Positions 1 through 10,911 are shown, numbered from the stretch's first letter. The stretch is DNA of 38,586 nt from Octopus bimaculoides (GCF_001194135.2 NC_068984.1:47185700-47224285); one strand, 5' to 3'. Program-made: numbers and translations. The notes: generated by a model from the sequence alone, not told the origin.

Positions 1-83
1 CAGTCATAAGAAAACTTTTAACTACCCCTATTCCTTTCTCTCCCCCTCTCTACCTCTTCCTCTCTCGCTCTCTCAAAAGCATA

Positions 84-310
84 CATGTTCGTCAATGTTT
101 TGTAAATTTACCACGATTTTCACTAGGGTGTTAGGGTTAGGGTTTTAGGGTCAGGGTTAGGATTTAGAATTAATGTTACGGTTACGTTTTTTGGGTCAGG
201 GTTAGGTTTAGGGTTAGGGTTTAGTGTTAGGGTTAGTGTTAGGATTAGGTTTAGGATTAGGGTTGGGTAATCGTGCGGGTGTGAATCTGAAAAATTACAG
301 ATATGTGAAA
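84..310. repeat. Degenerate (TTAGGG)n-like tract (124-268) bracketed by imperfect inverted repeats (about 84-118 and 269-306); MITE-like
   Basis: ttagggttagggttttagggtcagggttagg... variants are seen directly. Left arm catgttcgtcaatgttttgtaaatttaccacgatt resembles the reverse complement of right arm aatcgtgcgggtgtgaatctgaaaaattacagatatg. Confidence 0.7.
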
Positions 311-326
311 AGTACCGACCCTGCCA

Positions 327-877
327 TCTATTATAACTTTTGTTGTTCTGTTTGATATATACATAGATTATGACTCCAAAGAAGAGAGTTTGCTGGGGAA
401 AGACAGCAACCGGTTTAAAATGACAGCCACAAACTGCAGCAATTCACCACATTCCAGTAGCAACTTTGAACATAATGCAAAATGGTGCATCAACACCTTC
501 TGCCCAATCTGATAGAATTCTGGCAAAACTGTTTAGCGACAGATCGCCAGCAACTGCTTCATCACAAATTGCCATCCTAGCTCCTGTGAAAAGGGATTAC
601 CCTGCTATGTATAATCAGGGCAGCGCAAAAAGTTGTTTTGCACACGCATTTCTATAGCCAATTACACGGATGAAATTTACGTATGCTTAATAATTTTACG
701 CAAAACAGCTTTCAGACTTTCCCTATTAATTTCATCGTCTTTTGAATTATGAACATATTTACATCATAAGGGTTTTTTCGTTGTAAGGCTTTCTTTTTTA
801 GTTGATTTTCAGCTAGCAAGACTTATCGTAGATGGCATAATAAGTCACACCCGGACAAGGTCGGGTTATACTGCTAG
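327..877 (+). mobile_element. Helitron relic with PIF1-helicase remnant and intact 3' terminus
   Basis: 3' hairpin acccggac-aag-gtcgggt (849-866), then CTAG (874-877) followed by T. Possible A|TC 5' end at 327 (less certain). Frameshifted peptides QLLNIMQNG and KLFSD..IAILAP (about 460-590) resemble Helitron helicase motifs LL.IG.G and VFP...RAILAP. Confidence 0.7.
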
Positions 878-1066
878 TATATATATATNNNNNNNNNNNN
901 NNNNNNNNNNNNNNNNNNNNNNNNNNNNNNNNNNNNNNNNNNNNNNNNNNNNNNNNNNNNNNNNNNNNNNNNNNNNNNNNNNNNNNNNNNNNNNNNNNNN
1001 NNNNNNNNNNNNNNNNNNNNNNNNNNNNNNNNNNNNNNNNNNNNNNNNNNNNNNNNNNNNNNNNNN

Positions 1067-1265
1067 ATATCGGGGCTGTGTGTTGTGTTCTTCAGCAAGA
1101 CACTTTATTTCGCGTGACTCCACTTCACTAAGTTGTAGAAGTAAGTTGCGACGTCACTGATACAAAGCTGTATCGGCCTTTGCCTTCTCATAGGCGACTG
1201 CTAGTCTTCCATAGCCAACCTTGACCGGGCTTGTGCCTCAGAGGGTAACTTCCTAGGTGCATCCT
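1067..1265 (+). mobile_element. SINE-like fragment, 5' end lost in the gap
   Basis: tgtgttgtgttcttcagcaagacactttatttc resembles the post-B-box segment of tRNA-derived SINEs (compare ttgggcaagtgtctt in family B). Confidence 0.4.
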
Positions 1266-1889
1266 TCAAGACCAAAGTGTAAACCTATTCGATGCTATCA
1301 TAAAAGTAGATTATAATTCAAGCCAAACTGAATGAGAGCAATAGCTCAGCAACAGCACTGTTGTAATTTTGATTATATTTCATAGTAATCGCATATTTTG
1401 CTACACAATGTCTTCTAACGAGAATGGATACTGTTTTGTCTTATTTATTCGGATTTCTGAACACGTGCTTTCATTAACATAAACTTTAAGCTATAATAAT
1501 TCGACTGTTAAATTGAATATTCTCACAAACACAAAATAAAATATATCATATGTTGTGTAGTGTGATATTTAATTCTCTGCAATCTACATTTATGAAAGCT
1601 GCTCCGCATTCTGAACGTGACAAAGTATTTCTAAAACGTGAAGTCAAGGATACGAAAGCACTCTAATAAGTTGATTTCGGCGTGATGAGATTACACGCTC
1701 AAGGATACGACCGAAATTAGGTTAATCTAGGTGCTGATCACGTTTTAGCCTAAACTAATATAAACAAAAACCGTTGGCGTATTTCCATTCACAAGATGTA
1801 CTCTATTGATTAAGTTTGTTGTGCTGACATATTTAATGCAGTATGCGTTAAAAGTCTAATTAGGAATTGTGATATAGTAAGGGAATGAC

Positions 1890-2212
1890 ATTTACTAAAA
1901 CAATAAATATTATTTCAATGTTGTTACATTTCGGAATTTTTTTTCTTGCTAAATAAACGCATGCAATGTTTATTCGTTCTTCGCTTGTTTATTACTGTTC
2001 ATTTTTTGTTCATTGTCTTAAAATCTTTCGTCACACACACTATGACGTCTTCAGTGACTCTCCATCTCACGTGTCTCATCTTGTTCTGCTTAGTCCACTA
2101 AATAGAACAAGAGGTGACAAATGAAGAAAGAATTTATAGTGCGTGTGTTTATAAGGCAAGAAAAAATGACCGTCCCGAAATATCGCAATACATAAATGAT
2201 TTCGGTAAATAG
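1890..2212. mobile_element. Imperfect fold-back (MITE-like) element
   Basis: Central near-perfect palindrome at 2072-2119 (tcttgttct..ttagt cc actaa..agaacaaga). Outer arms ttttttcttgctaaataaacgc (about 1940) and gcgtgtgtttataaggcaagaaaaaa (about 2141-2166) are reverse-complement similar. About 1996-2071 is unpaired. Confidence 0.55.
2016..2058 (-). ncRNA. Minimal type-I hammerhead-ribozyme-like motif
   Basis: Minus strand gtca CTGAAGA c GTCA tagtgtgtg TGAC GAAA gattttaa gac. It has both conserved core strands and a 4-bp stem II; stems I and III are weak. Confidence 0.4.
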
Positions 2213-2601
2213 GTGAGAGAACTTCTGGGATGTTTTGGCCTTATTAGACTTCATCAGGTAAGAAGAGATTTCATCATACTTGTAAAGTGGTGATGATAGA
2301 TTAACTAAATATTGACAATTTTGTTAAAAATCATATCAATCGAGTTCTGAATCGCGATCCCCAAACAAACAAAAGCAAAAACGAAAACTTTTAGTATAGT
2401 TAGTGTTGCATACATAATAATACTGTACTCATCAAAAAACGTAATTAGCAAATGCATGCAGTACGGAAAGACAATATAAGGTCAATGTCCAATTTACCTC
2501 AATGGATTTATAATATGTAGTATCGATTATATTGCTTGATCGACCGCTAACCACTAAAGCGTTTTTTTTTTTAACCTCCCTCTGTTTATTTTCTCGTGTT
2601 C

Positions 2602-2637
2602 CTTTCTGTTGCAGAGCGTAGGCTCGAAACCTAAAAG
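2602..2637 (+). ncRNA. Degenerate minimal hammerhead-like relic (Penelope-like tail)
   Basis: cttt CTGTTGCA GAGC gtag GCTC GAAAC CTA aaag. Stem I is cttt/aaag and stem II is gagc/gctc; the core is mutated relative to CUGANGA. Confidence 0.4.
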
Positions 2638-2689
2638 ACTTTCTCACCTATATTGCGGTAATTTTTGACAGTAAAAACTTACATAGATA

Positions 2690-2905
2690 ATCCTTTCCAC
2701 TATAGGCACAAGGCTTGAAATTTTGGGGGATGGGCCAGTCGATTAGATGTACCCCAGTACGCGACTGGTACTTAATTTATTGACATCGAAAAGGATGAAA
2801 GGCAAAGTTGACCTCGGCGGAATTTGAACACAGAACGTAACGACAGCGAAATCCCGCTGAGTATTTCGTCCAGCGTGCTAATGGTTCTGCCAGCTCACCG
2901 CCTTA
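2690..2905 (-). mobile_element. tRNA-derived SINE, family A (MetaSINE-like core)
   Basis: The reverse complement aligns over its full length with the plus copies at 33998-34225 and 35930-36133 (head ggcggtgagctggcagaa, B-box gttcaaattcc, core tttgcctttcatccttt..gtcgataaa.taagtaccag). The family name is from memory. Confidence 0.9.
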
Positions 2906-3004
2906 TAAATTATTACATAAATAGTTACGTCAAAGATGATGACGACAACAACGGTGACAAGGCAAAGCTGGAACGAATTGAGCGTCTAAAGTATATTATC
3001 TGAT

Positions 3005-3380
3005 AGCTTTTTTATCGACTGACTGGAGGAAACAGAACGCTAACTCATTCGAATTTGAACTAATACCTTCGAAGGACAAAAATACATACTCTTAATAATT
3101 TAATCCTGAGCCCTGGTTTTCTTGACACTCATTCACTCCCTTTAACATGCTTTTCTAATATAATCATTGGTCCAAACATTTGTGGTGAGGGACTAGTCAA
3201 TAAAACAGATCTTATGATCCCCAGTAGTATGAAAGGGCAAATTAGTTTTGACGGGATTTGAACACAGATCATAAAAAGTCGGAGCAAACAGCGAATGCAC
3301 CGCATTTCTAACATTACCACATTTCATATATTAGGGCAAGGGTGGGGGGTACAGTCGACCAAATCAGCACTAATGAATTC
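3005..3380 (-). mobile_element. Degenerate family-A SINE fragments in the same orientation
   Basis: Remnants tttttatcgac, gaatttgaac, gggatttgaacacag and ggggggtacagtcgac. Confidence 0.55.
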
Positions 3381-3384
3381 GTAT

Positions 3385-3545
3385 ATCATAAAAGGCGTTC
3401 CAACGACGGCAGTCCTGTCCATTGTTTAAACTGTGTTCTGCATCATCTAATACAGTCATTTTTAAACGGTCGGGTGTGAATTGAAAGGATGTGGTTGCTG
3501 TTTCTAGCAGGTAAAAGGACCTCATAAAGAATCCCTTGTTGGCTC
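3385..3545 (-). mobile_element. Old SINE fragment, family D; related pieces at about 18280-18380 (+) and 28505-28670 (+)
   Basis: The reverse complement has cctgctagaaacagcaaccacatcc, similar to aactgcaagatataacagccaaatt (about 18336) and aaatagcagccaaatt (about 28505). Confidence 0.45.
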
Positions 3546-5039
3546 GTTCTCATTGATCAGATCTGTATTAGGAAGAAAACTGTAGCTATAAACATTTGAA
3601 ACTATATACTTTCAGTATTGATTGCAATCAAAGATACTAAATAAATGTTATTAATGTCTCTCGTGTTAAAGTCTAAGTTTCTCTTCGCACGTTATTGTCC
3701 TTTGATAGGTGATAATGTTATTTTAGAATAACATAAATGGCGAGAGTGGTTGGTTGATTGCGACACACTGGAAGAAACTTTGTCCATTCAAATCAAAATT
3801 AGTGGTTTTGAAGCTAATGCAGTTACAGGCTATCTTCAACTTTTCTTTATCCTAATTTTCTGTCTTCGAATCTTTCGTCTTCTCTCACCCACTTCATTCT
3901 TATTTTCTTTCTTATGTTTCTTCTCTCTTATTTTCATGCTTATCATTGTTCTTTCTCTTCTCGATCGACTTTTATTTTTTCCTTATTTATATTATAAGTA
4001 TCCTTGTGCTACTTAATCCTGTCGTTATTTCGCTTTACAGATTTAAATTCGAATGTTTGCCAAACAGGAGGACATTAAATAGACTTACCAACTGCATATA
4101 TTTCAACCACCATTCCGTTATATACTAATGTAAACCATGCTGCACTTTCGCTGTCGACTTCTTTTGCTACAAATAGATCTACGATCATTATCAGAGAAAC
4201 TGATTTAATTCCTAACACAGAAAAAACAAATGTGTTTTTCTTTATAAAGAGTAAATACGTGGTCAAGTGGATAAGTCATCGACTTGTATGCTTAGGAATT
4301 ATAAATTCAAATTCACTGTGGGCGTTTATGAAGATACTTTTTTCCAGATTTACTTCGGCTTACCGGCTACTACGAATAAGTGATATATTTTACTGAAAAT
4401 ATTTCTGGCATTAAGTATCTACAAACTTACAATGTTGGAGCATTCCGTTCAAGCTTTACACTAATTTCTAACACCACAGATCTTATTGAGATACTTGGAA
4501 CAGAAAACACATCACTAGGAAACGTCTACAGTAGTTGGTAGACGATTGTGAATATTGTTAGCTGTGCTCGCCAATTTCCGGCCCATAATTGTCACATACG
4601 GAGCCTACGATTTTGGTCAAGTTTATCAAGATCTTAGCAAATGCCGTTTTCTGGGTGGCCGAGAGATGCCTTGAATTATGTGATTTCCTAACAGATGACC
4701 TCCACGTTATGTGTTACACCATTGAAGATTTTCGTCACAAATTTAGCTTCATTGGTGCTCTGTTACACTTGTATCGATTCGAAACTTCTGATAAAGTCCA
4801 AAATCAACTGGCGTCTCTCCTCAATTCAACTGAATTCAGATCACATGTTTAATCCATCAAAATCGATATATTGCATCTCATTTCTACGTTCGGTTCTTGC
4901 CTCGTACCGAGATAGCATAGAAGTAATATTCTTATATAGCGATGACAAGAATTTGACACTGAAATCAAGGAAAAGTGTTTAAAAGGAGACATTAATTATA
5001 AGCAAGCATAAGATAAACTATTAATTTAGTACTCACTAG

Positions 5040-5194
5040 AAAATACAAGATGGTGAATCAGAATACATTAAATGTTTCCTGATCCACCCAAATCAGAAAC
5101 TGTTAAAGAGTTCTTACTGGAGTCCCAGGACACGATACGATGAATGGGGAAATGACCTAACCTATCTCATGAGTACTTACTCGTGTGTGAGCAG
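5040..5194 (+). CDS. Candidate internal coding exon of an unidentified host gene (KIQDGESEYIKCFLIHPNQKLLKSSYWSPRTRYDEWGNDLTYLMSTYSCVS)
   Basis: Stop-free frame from tag| at 5039 to a strong donor CAG|GTGAGC at 5194/5195, with non-repetitive sequence. The acceptor has a poor pyrimidine tract and I do not recognise the peptide. Confidence 0.25.
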
Positions 5195-5641
5195 GTGAGC
5201 CTAAATATTTGTCTTGTCTTCATTCTAGTTTCAATTACAAACGGATTTAAAAATATTGTTTCCTTATATCTTTACTTAATGTCTTTTATTCTAATTTTCA
5301 TACCACCATTTGTGTAGCAACCGTATTCACTCTTATTTTCACACAACGTTATACAAACAGATAACTTCCTATAGTCTGGAGTCTCTCCTTATGTGGTTTG
5401 ATAAAAAGAAAGATAAATATTGTGTCTTGGACAAAGTTTATCTTTTCTTATAACGTCATTGACAGAAAAGTTGGTTATGTATTTCTGTATCGTTGCAACA
5501 TAAAAACACAAAAATGTTCGAAATATATATATTCCATACACAGAGAACAAAAAAGAAAAACAATATATTTTGTTTGTAATGCAAAATATTAATAACAAAC
5601 ATTAACTAAAAGTAAACACAGACATTATAACAACACACTGC

Positions 5642-6350
5642 AGAAATCTTGTCAACAGCGACAATAGCAGTACGTTTGTACAAATTGCTTCAGGTGTAAA
5701 ATCGGACAGCGAAAAATTATCCTTTCAAGCGTTCTTTCGAACACAAAGATACTCAATGTAGAACAACTCACTGAAAACGTCAAATTCTGGTATATTTTGT
5801 ACATAGAACAAGGGTCAGGTTCCTACAGTCAATTATAGAGGCCTGTAACAAGAAAACATTAAATTATCACTGCATTGCGAAGAAAACAACGAGTTATATC
5901 ATCCCATGCAAATAAGAGTTGCAGAGAATTTTAGCATATATTTTAAGTGAAATATCCTTCATCGGAAAGTAGAGACATATGACACCATATTTTTCCTCGG
6001 TAAATCAGAGGACGGGGCGAAAATTCAAGCCTAAGTAGAATGCGAAACACCTGTCCATAAGCAAGTTTTGCAAGATTTGGGAACAAGGAACAGAAGGGCC
6101 ACTATCAAGTTTATCAGACACAATGTTGTCTCTGGTTTAGTGATCAGCTATATGACAAATAAGAGTGAATGGTCTGCGCTCATGAGACATTTGGCGATAT
6201 GGGGTCGGTTGGGATCATTATTGTCCCACAAGCCCTCATGACGTCGCTAGACCACAAAATAATGCAAGAATTGTGCTCTATAAAGGGCTCTGAGTTGAAC
6301 AACCAAAGCAAATGACCAGATCTTAAACATGTGACAGCAATCCTTCTGCA
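5642..6350 (+). pseudogene. BEL/Pao LTR-retrotransposon integrase and downstream domain relic
   Basis: Colinear frameshifted motifs: SDNSSTFV (SDNG..FV), WYI...GSYSQL.RPV (W.F...GFYERLVRSV), TALRK, ELQRIL, MTPY.FLG (LTP.HFL.G) and KFCKIW (FWKRW). Many stops. Confidence 0.55.
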
Positions 6351-6749
6351 CCGATATTTTAAAAGAAGGGAAGTGATAACATATCATGATTTTGGGCGAC
6401 AGAAGGCAAAATTCATCAATCAACAATTGAAACTTCCACATTAACAGAAGCGAGCCGGATAACTCCAAATCCTTCTCTCCAATTCACAACAGTTGAAGAC
6501 AAGAAAAGATGGCTACAGAAGAAACAACTGCTAGTACTATATCTCAGTACTATACCTGGCTTCGGTGGCGCTCTTATCTATTGAGTTCAATGTAAATAAT
6601 ACGACAGAGTCAATCATTGTTGCCTGATATCTATTGTAATAGCATTTGGTTTAGCCTATTTTCAGCGACTTGAGCGTTACAATGTATAGCAACAACTGTT
6701 CAGTACACAGAATAAATACACACATATATATATATAGAAAATATTTTAC

Positions 6750-7557
6750 TGCTCATACTCTGTCGTCCAAGAATACCATCTCTTCAGTATGTCTTTGTTG
6801 TTTACGTTACAAATGGTCAGAGGCATTCCACTAGAAATGGGTTACATGAGAGCCGTGTTTGCATTGGTCATCATCATAATGTCGGACACATCAGAAAAGG
6901 AGATAGACAGTAGAATTCTGGAAGAGTAGCAGGAGATTACGTGAATGTGCAATAACCATCACAATTCGGCAGGCTTGAGACGCGGTACCTGGAAAGACGA
7001 GTTCATAAGGAGCGGAGGAATTTCTCGCCGGACAGGGAATCCGGTTTTAATTCTTGGAGTATTGTTTTAACCAGTATTTCAGTAGGATGAAGATTAAAAA
7101 GAGATCATTAGTTAAGTGGCGAGTTGTAAATGGGCTGAGAAGAACGTTCCTGTTCCTCATCCTTAATAGCCCCTCATCCTTAACACCATTTCCCTTTTCT
7201 TCCTCTCTACTCTTCTCTCTGCTTTCAAATCCTACCTCTCTGTTTTCAACTCCGACCATCTTTTGTAGCCCATCCGCAGGTCTCTCAGACTCTCACTAAT
7301 CCGAGATATTTCTACTCCAGTTAAGAAACCCTTCCTCCTAACCACTCTCACTTGGTTTATTAGTTTATTTTCTGACATTGGACACATGTCCTTTTCCATC
7401 CGAAATTTCAATGTACGTCTGCCAACTCCACGACTTCTTTCCAGTTTTGCTCTTTCATGACATTCAATAAGTGTATCGTACTCTTCCTTCGTTCACTTAT
7501 GTCTGTTTCTGCGCACACATTGTATGTGAGCTGTTGTGATATAACGACCGTCTGGGA
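6750..7557 (-). pseudogene. R4/Dong-clade (RLE-type) non-LTR retrotransposon, N-terminal ORF relic
   Basis: Minus frame RRNRHK*TKEEYDTLIECHERAK..RGVGRR..MEKDMCPMSENKLINQVRVVRRKGFL, homologous to the N-terminus at 16870-17200. An acidic tract and RREIPPL follow. Confidence 0.7.
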
Positions 7558-7561
7558 AAGG

Positions 7562-7612
<51 letters not shown>

Positions 7613-7630
7613 ATGATGATGATGATGATT
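7562..7630. repeat. (ATT)n then (GAT)n microsatellite between two R4-clade fragments
   Basis: Seen directly. Confidence 0.95.
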
Positions 7631-7895
7631 CCTCTCAGGCTGTGTCTCATTCCTTGTAGCAATTAAGTGAGTAGCGAGTTACTACCTGTAATCCTAAGTA
7701 TCCACAAATTTTCAGCAGGCTTTCAAGTGCTTAGAATCTTCCTGATGATCTTTGCTGTCCCTAAGAGACAACCTTTCTGCAGAAGCTCCGACGGGCTTTC
7801 TACTTGAATCTCCTCCAGCTATTAGTCTATATCTTTGTTTACTGTTCCCAACGTAGCAATTATTATAGGCACGAGCTTTATTGTTCTGTCATTGT
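7631..7895 (-). pseudogene. R4/Dong-clade 3' end (restriction-like endonuclease C-terminus plus 3' UTR), 5'-truncated
   Basis: Minus frame IKLVPIIIATLGTVNKDID**LEEIQVESPSELLQKGCLLGTAKIIRKILST* matches the RLE C-terminal pattern VIPVVIGALG...LQK..LLGTA.ILRKVL. Confidence 0.85.
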
Positions 7896-8445
7896 TATCA
7901 TCATCATCATCATCATCATCATCAATAACAATTCAAAGAATTCTGCACATTGGCAATTCTTGACAATTTTTGAATGGCGCCTGTTCATCACAGATTTCCT
8001 TTTACATAGTCATGAATTGAAACAGATTTTCACTATAATCTTAGTTATGCATAACTGACGGTAATTTCATTAGTTTTTCGTACAGATGTTAGCTTCTCTA
8101 TTGAATTCCACGAGGAAATGAGTGGTCTTTGGTGTTCTGATTTAACAAAGAATCGCTACAGGAGATCCTATTTTTCAATAACGCTTCTAAGATTCAATAA
8201 TAAATCATTAGATTAAGACATATATTTATTGCATGCAGCACATACAAAAGCAATCGCACGCGTACACTCAGATAAAGCACAAGCATCTCCAAATGTTCCC
8301 ACGATATCATATTCAAAACTACATGCAAGTCTATAAACACACACGCACATTCATGTGTGTGTATTTGTGTATGTGTGTATGTGTGTGTACTAACATTCTA
8401 AATAGTATTTTGTACATAGAGACATACATGCCTGTATATACATAC

Positions 8446-8477
<32 letters not shown>

Positions 8478-9300
8478 GTATATATATANNNNNNNNNNNN
8501 NNNNNNNNNNNNNNNNNNNNNNNNNNNNNNNNNNNNNNNNNNNNNNNNNNNNNNNNNNNNNNNNNNNNNNNNNNNNNNNNNNNNNNNNNNNNNNNNNNNN
8601 NNNNNNNNNNNNNNNNNNNNNNNNNNNNNNNNNNNNNNNNNNNNNNNNNNNNNNNNNNNNNNNNNNNNNNNNNNNNNNNNNNNNNNNNNNNNNNNNNNNN
8701 NNNNNNNNNNNNNNNNNNNNNNNNNNNNNNNNNNNNNNNNNNNNNNNNNNNNNNNNNNNNNNNNNNNNNNNNNNNNNNNNNNNNNNNNNNNNNNNNNNNN
8801 NNNNNNNNNNNNNNNNNNNNNNNNNNNNNNNNNNNNNNNNNNNNNNNNNNNNNNNNNNNNNNNNNNNNNNNNNNNNNNNNNNNNNNNNNNNNNNNNNNNN
8901 NNNNNNNNNNNNNNNNNNNNNNNNNNNNNNNNNNNNNNNNNNNNNNNNNNNNNNNNNNNNNNNNNNNNNNNNNNNNNNNNATATGTGCGTGCGTGTGTGT
9001 GTGTTTGTGTGTGTATGTAATGATATGAGAGGTATTGGTATCCAGAAGATCCAAGATGGCCGGTAAGGTTATATAAATGCCACGGGAGGACCGTAGTTAG
9101 ACTCTCGGTTCGATAATAATACGAGTGAGGAGTCTAATGCGGGTCATGTGTGAGCATCTATATGTTAAATAAAATGAGACAACAAAACCAAGGCTGTACG
9201 GAATTTATGGTACTTTTATAAATAGATAGATAGATAGTGAGAGNNNNNNNNNNGGCTGTACGGAATTTATGGTACTTTTATAAATAGATAGATAGATAGT

Positions 9301-9332
<32 letters not shown>

Positions 9333-10056
9333 GAGAGAGAGAAAGAGAGAGGTTGTTAGAAAGTGAAAGAGAGACAGATGTACGCACACACACACGCACA
9401 CACACACACACACACAAACACACTCACACACACACAAAGGTAGCTAAATTGATTGACCGAAATTGTGAGCGTTAAAATGCGTGAGATATCTAACGTGATG
9501 TAATCTGACAAAAACGCTTATTTGAACTACATTAAATGTTATTAGAAAGATTCCTTCAGTTATTCGATTTCAGCTGAAGGTTACCATAAAGCATGCTGAT
9601 ATAGGAGTAGGTTAGTCTACAGGCCAGTTAGCAGGTGGTTCCATAAACAGTCTTGCAAGTATAACTGAGGTAAACAGATAGGTAGGCCTGTTTTATCCAG
9701 ATCAGTTACATTGGCTAGAAAGATACATAATAGGAAAACCACACATTAACGCATGGTAAACAAGAGTGTAGATTACTTTCTGGGTTGTTAGGCTGGGAGT
9801 AATGTGAATAGATCGTTCGGTAGTTAAGAATTATGTAAAGAAAGAAATGGAAAACACCAGTAGAAATTATTCTTTTTTTTTTTTACTTTCGGCGGGGGTG
9901 ACGGATTGAAGTCTTCGAACAATCGATTATTGCTTTATCGATATTTTGTTTCAAATATGTCTGTTGTTGATTAATGTTCGACGGATGACAGTGTGTCGTT
10001 CTGAATAAAAGCAGGTCGTATTTGTTAATATAACTTTGGAACTACATTCACACACA

Positions 10057-10101
<45 letters not shown>

Positions 10102-10414
10102 NNNNNNNNNNNNNNNNNNNNNNNNNNNNNNNNNNNNNNNNNNNNNNNNNNNNNNNNNNNNNNNNNNNNNNNNNNNNNNNNNNNNNNNNNNNNNNNNNNN
10201 NNNNNNNNNNNNNNNNNNNNNNNNNNNNNNNNNNNNNNNNNNNNNNNNNNNNNNNNNNNNNNNNNNNNNNNNNNNNNNNNNNNNNNNNNNNNNNNNNNNN
10301 NNNNNNNNNNNNNNNNNNNNNNNNNNNNNNNNNNNNNNNNNNNNNNNNNNNNNNNNNNNNNNNNNNNNNNNNNNNNNNNNNNNNNNNNNNATATATATAT
10401 ATATATATACATAT

Positions 10415-10585
10415 AGGCGCAGGAGTGGCTGTGTGGTAAGTAGCTTGCTTACCAACCCATGGTTTCGGATTCAGTCCCACTGCGTAGCAACTTGGGCAAG
10501 TGTCTTCTACTATAGTCTCGACCCGACCAAATCCTTGTGAGTGGATTTGGTAGACAGAAACTGAAAGAAGCCCGTCGTATATATG

Positions 10586-10643
<58 letters not shown>

Positions 10644-10851
10644 TGTGTCTGTTGTTCCCCCCAACATCGCTTGACATCCGATGTTGGTGTGTTTACGTTC
10701 CCGTAATCTAGCGGCTCGACAAAAAGAGACCAATAGAATAAGTTCTAGGCTTACAAAGAATAAGGGTCGATTTGCTCGACTAAAAGGTGGTGCTCCAGCA
10801 TCGCCACAGTCAGATGACGGAAACAAATAAAAGAAAAAAAGAATAAAAGAA
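10415..10851 (+). mobile_element. tRNA-derived SINE, family B, full length with internal (GT)n
   Basis: A-box-like tggctgtgtggtaag, B-box-like ggattcagtccc, tail ggtggtgctccagcatcgccacagtc..gaaacaaataaaagaa. Aligns with 15595-15960. Confidence 0.9.
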
Positions 10852-10911
10852 TATAAATCTATGTGTATATTTTTCAATGTGTACAAATAACACGGAAAAA
10901 TAAATAGTTAC

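Noticed and set aside
6880-7000. Plus-strand RTE-like RT motifs (KEIDSRI ... FGRL..R.W)
   Set aside because: Spacing is 47 nt rather than about 18, and the region is better explained as the minus-strand R4 ORF continuing from 7557.
9192-9305. Apparent tandem duplication across a 10-N gap (also 24600-24700 and 25348-25462)
   Set aside because: Near-identical sequence on both sides of a fixed 10-N gap is typical of unmerged contig ends or haplotypes. The 25348/25411 pair differs at two bases, as alleles would.
8233-10480. Long ORFs in the supplied track (also 15900-16536, 18790-19269, 21708-22063, 31628-32462, 36695-38545)
   Set aside because: They consist of N runs and di-, tri- or tetranucleotide repeats translated as HT, CV, YI, SL and similar; not genes.
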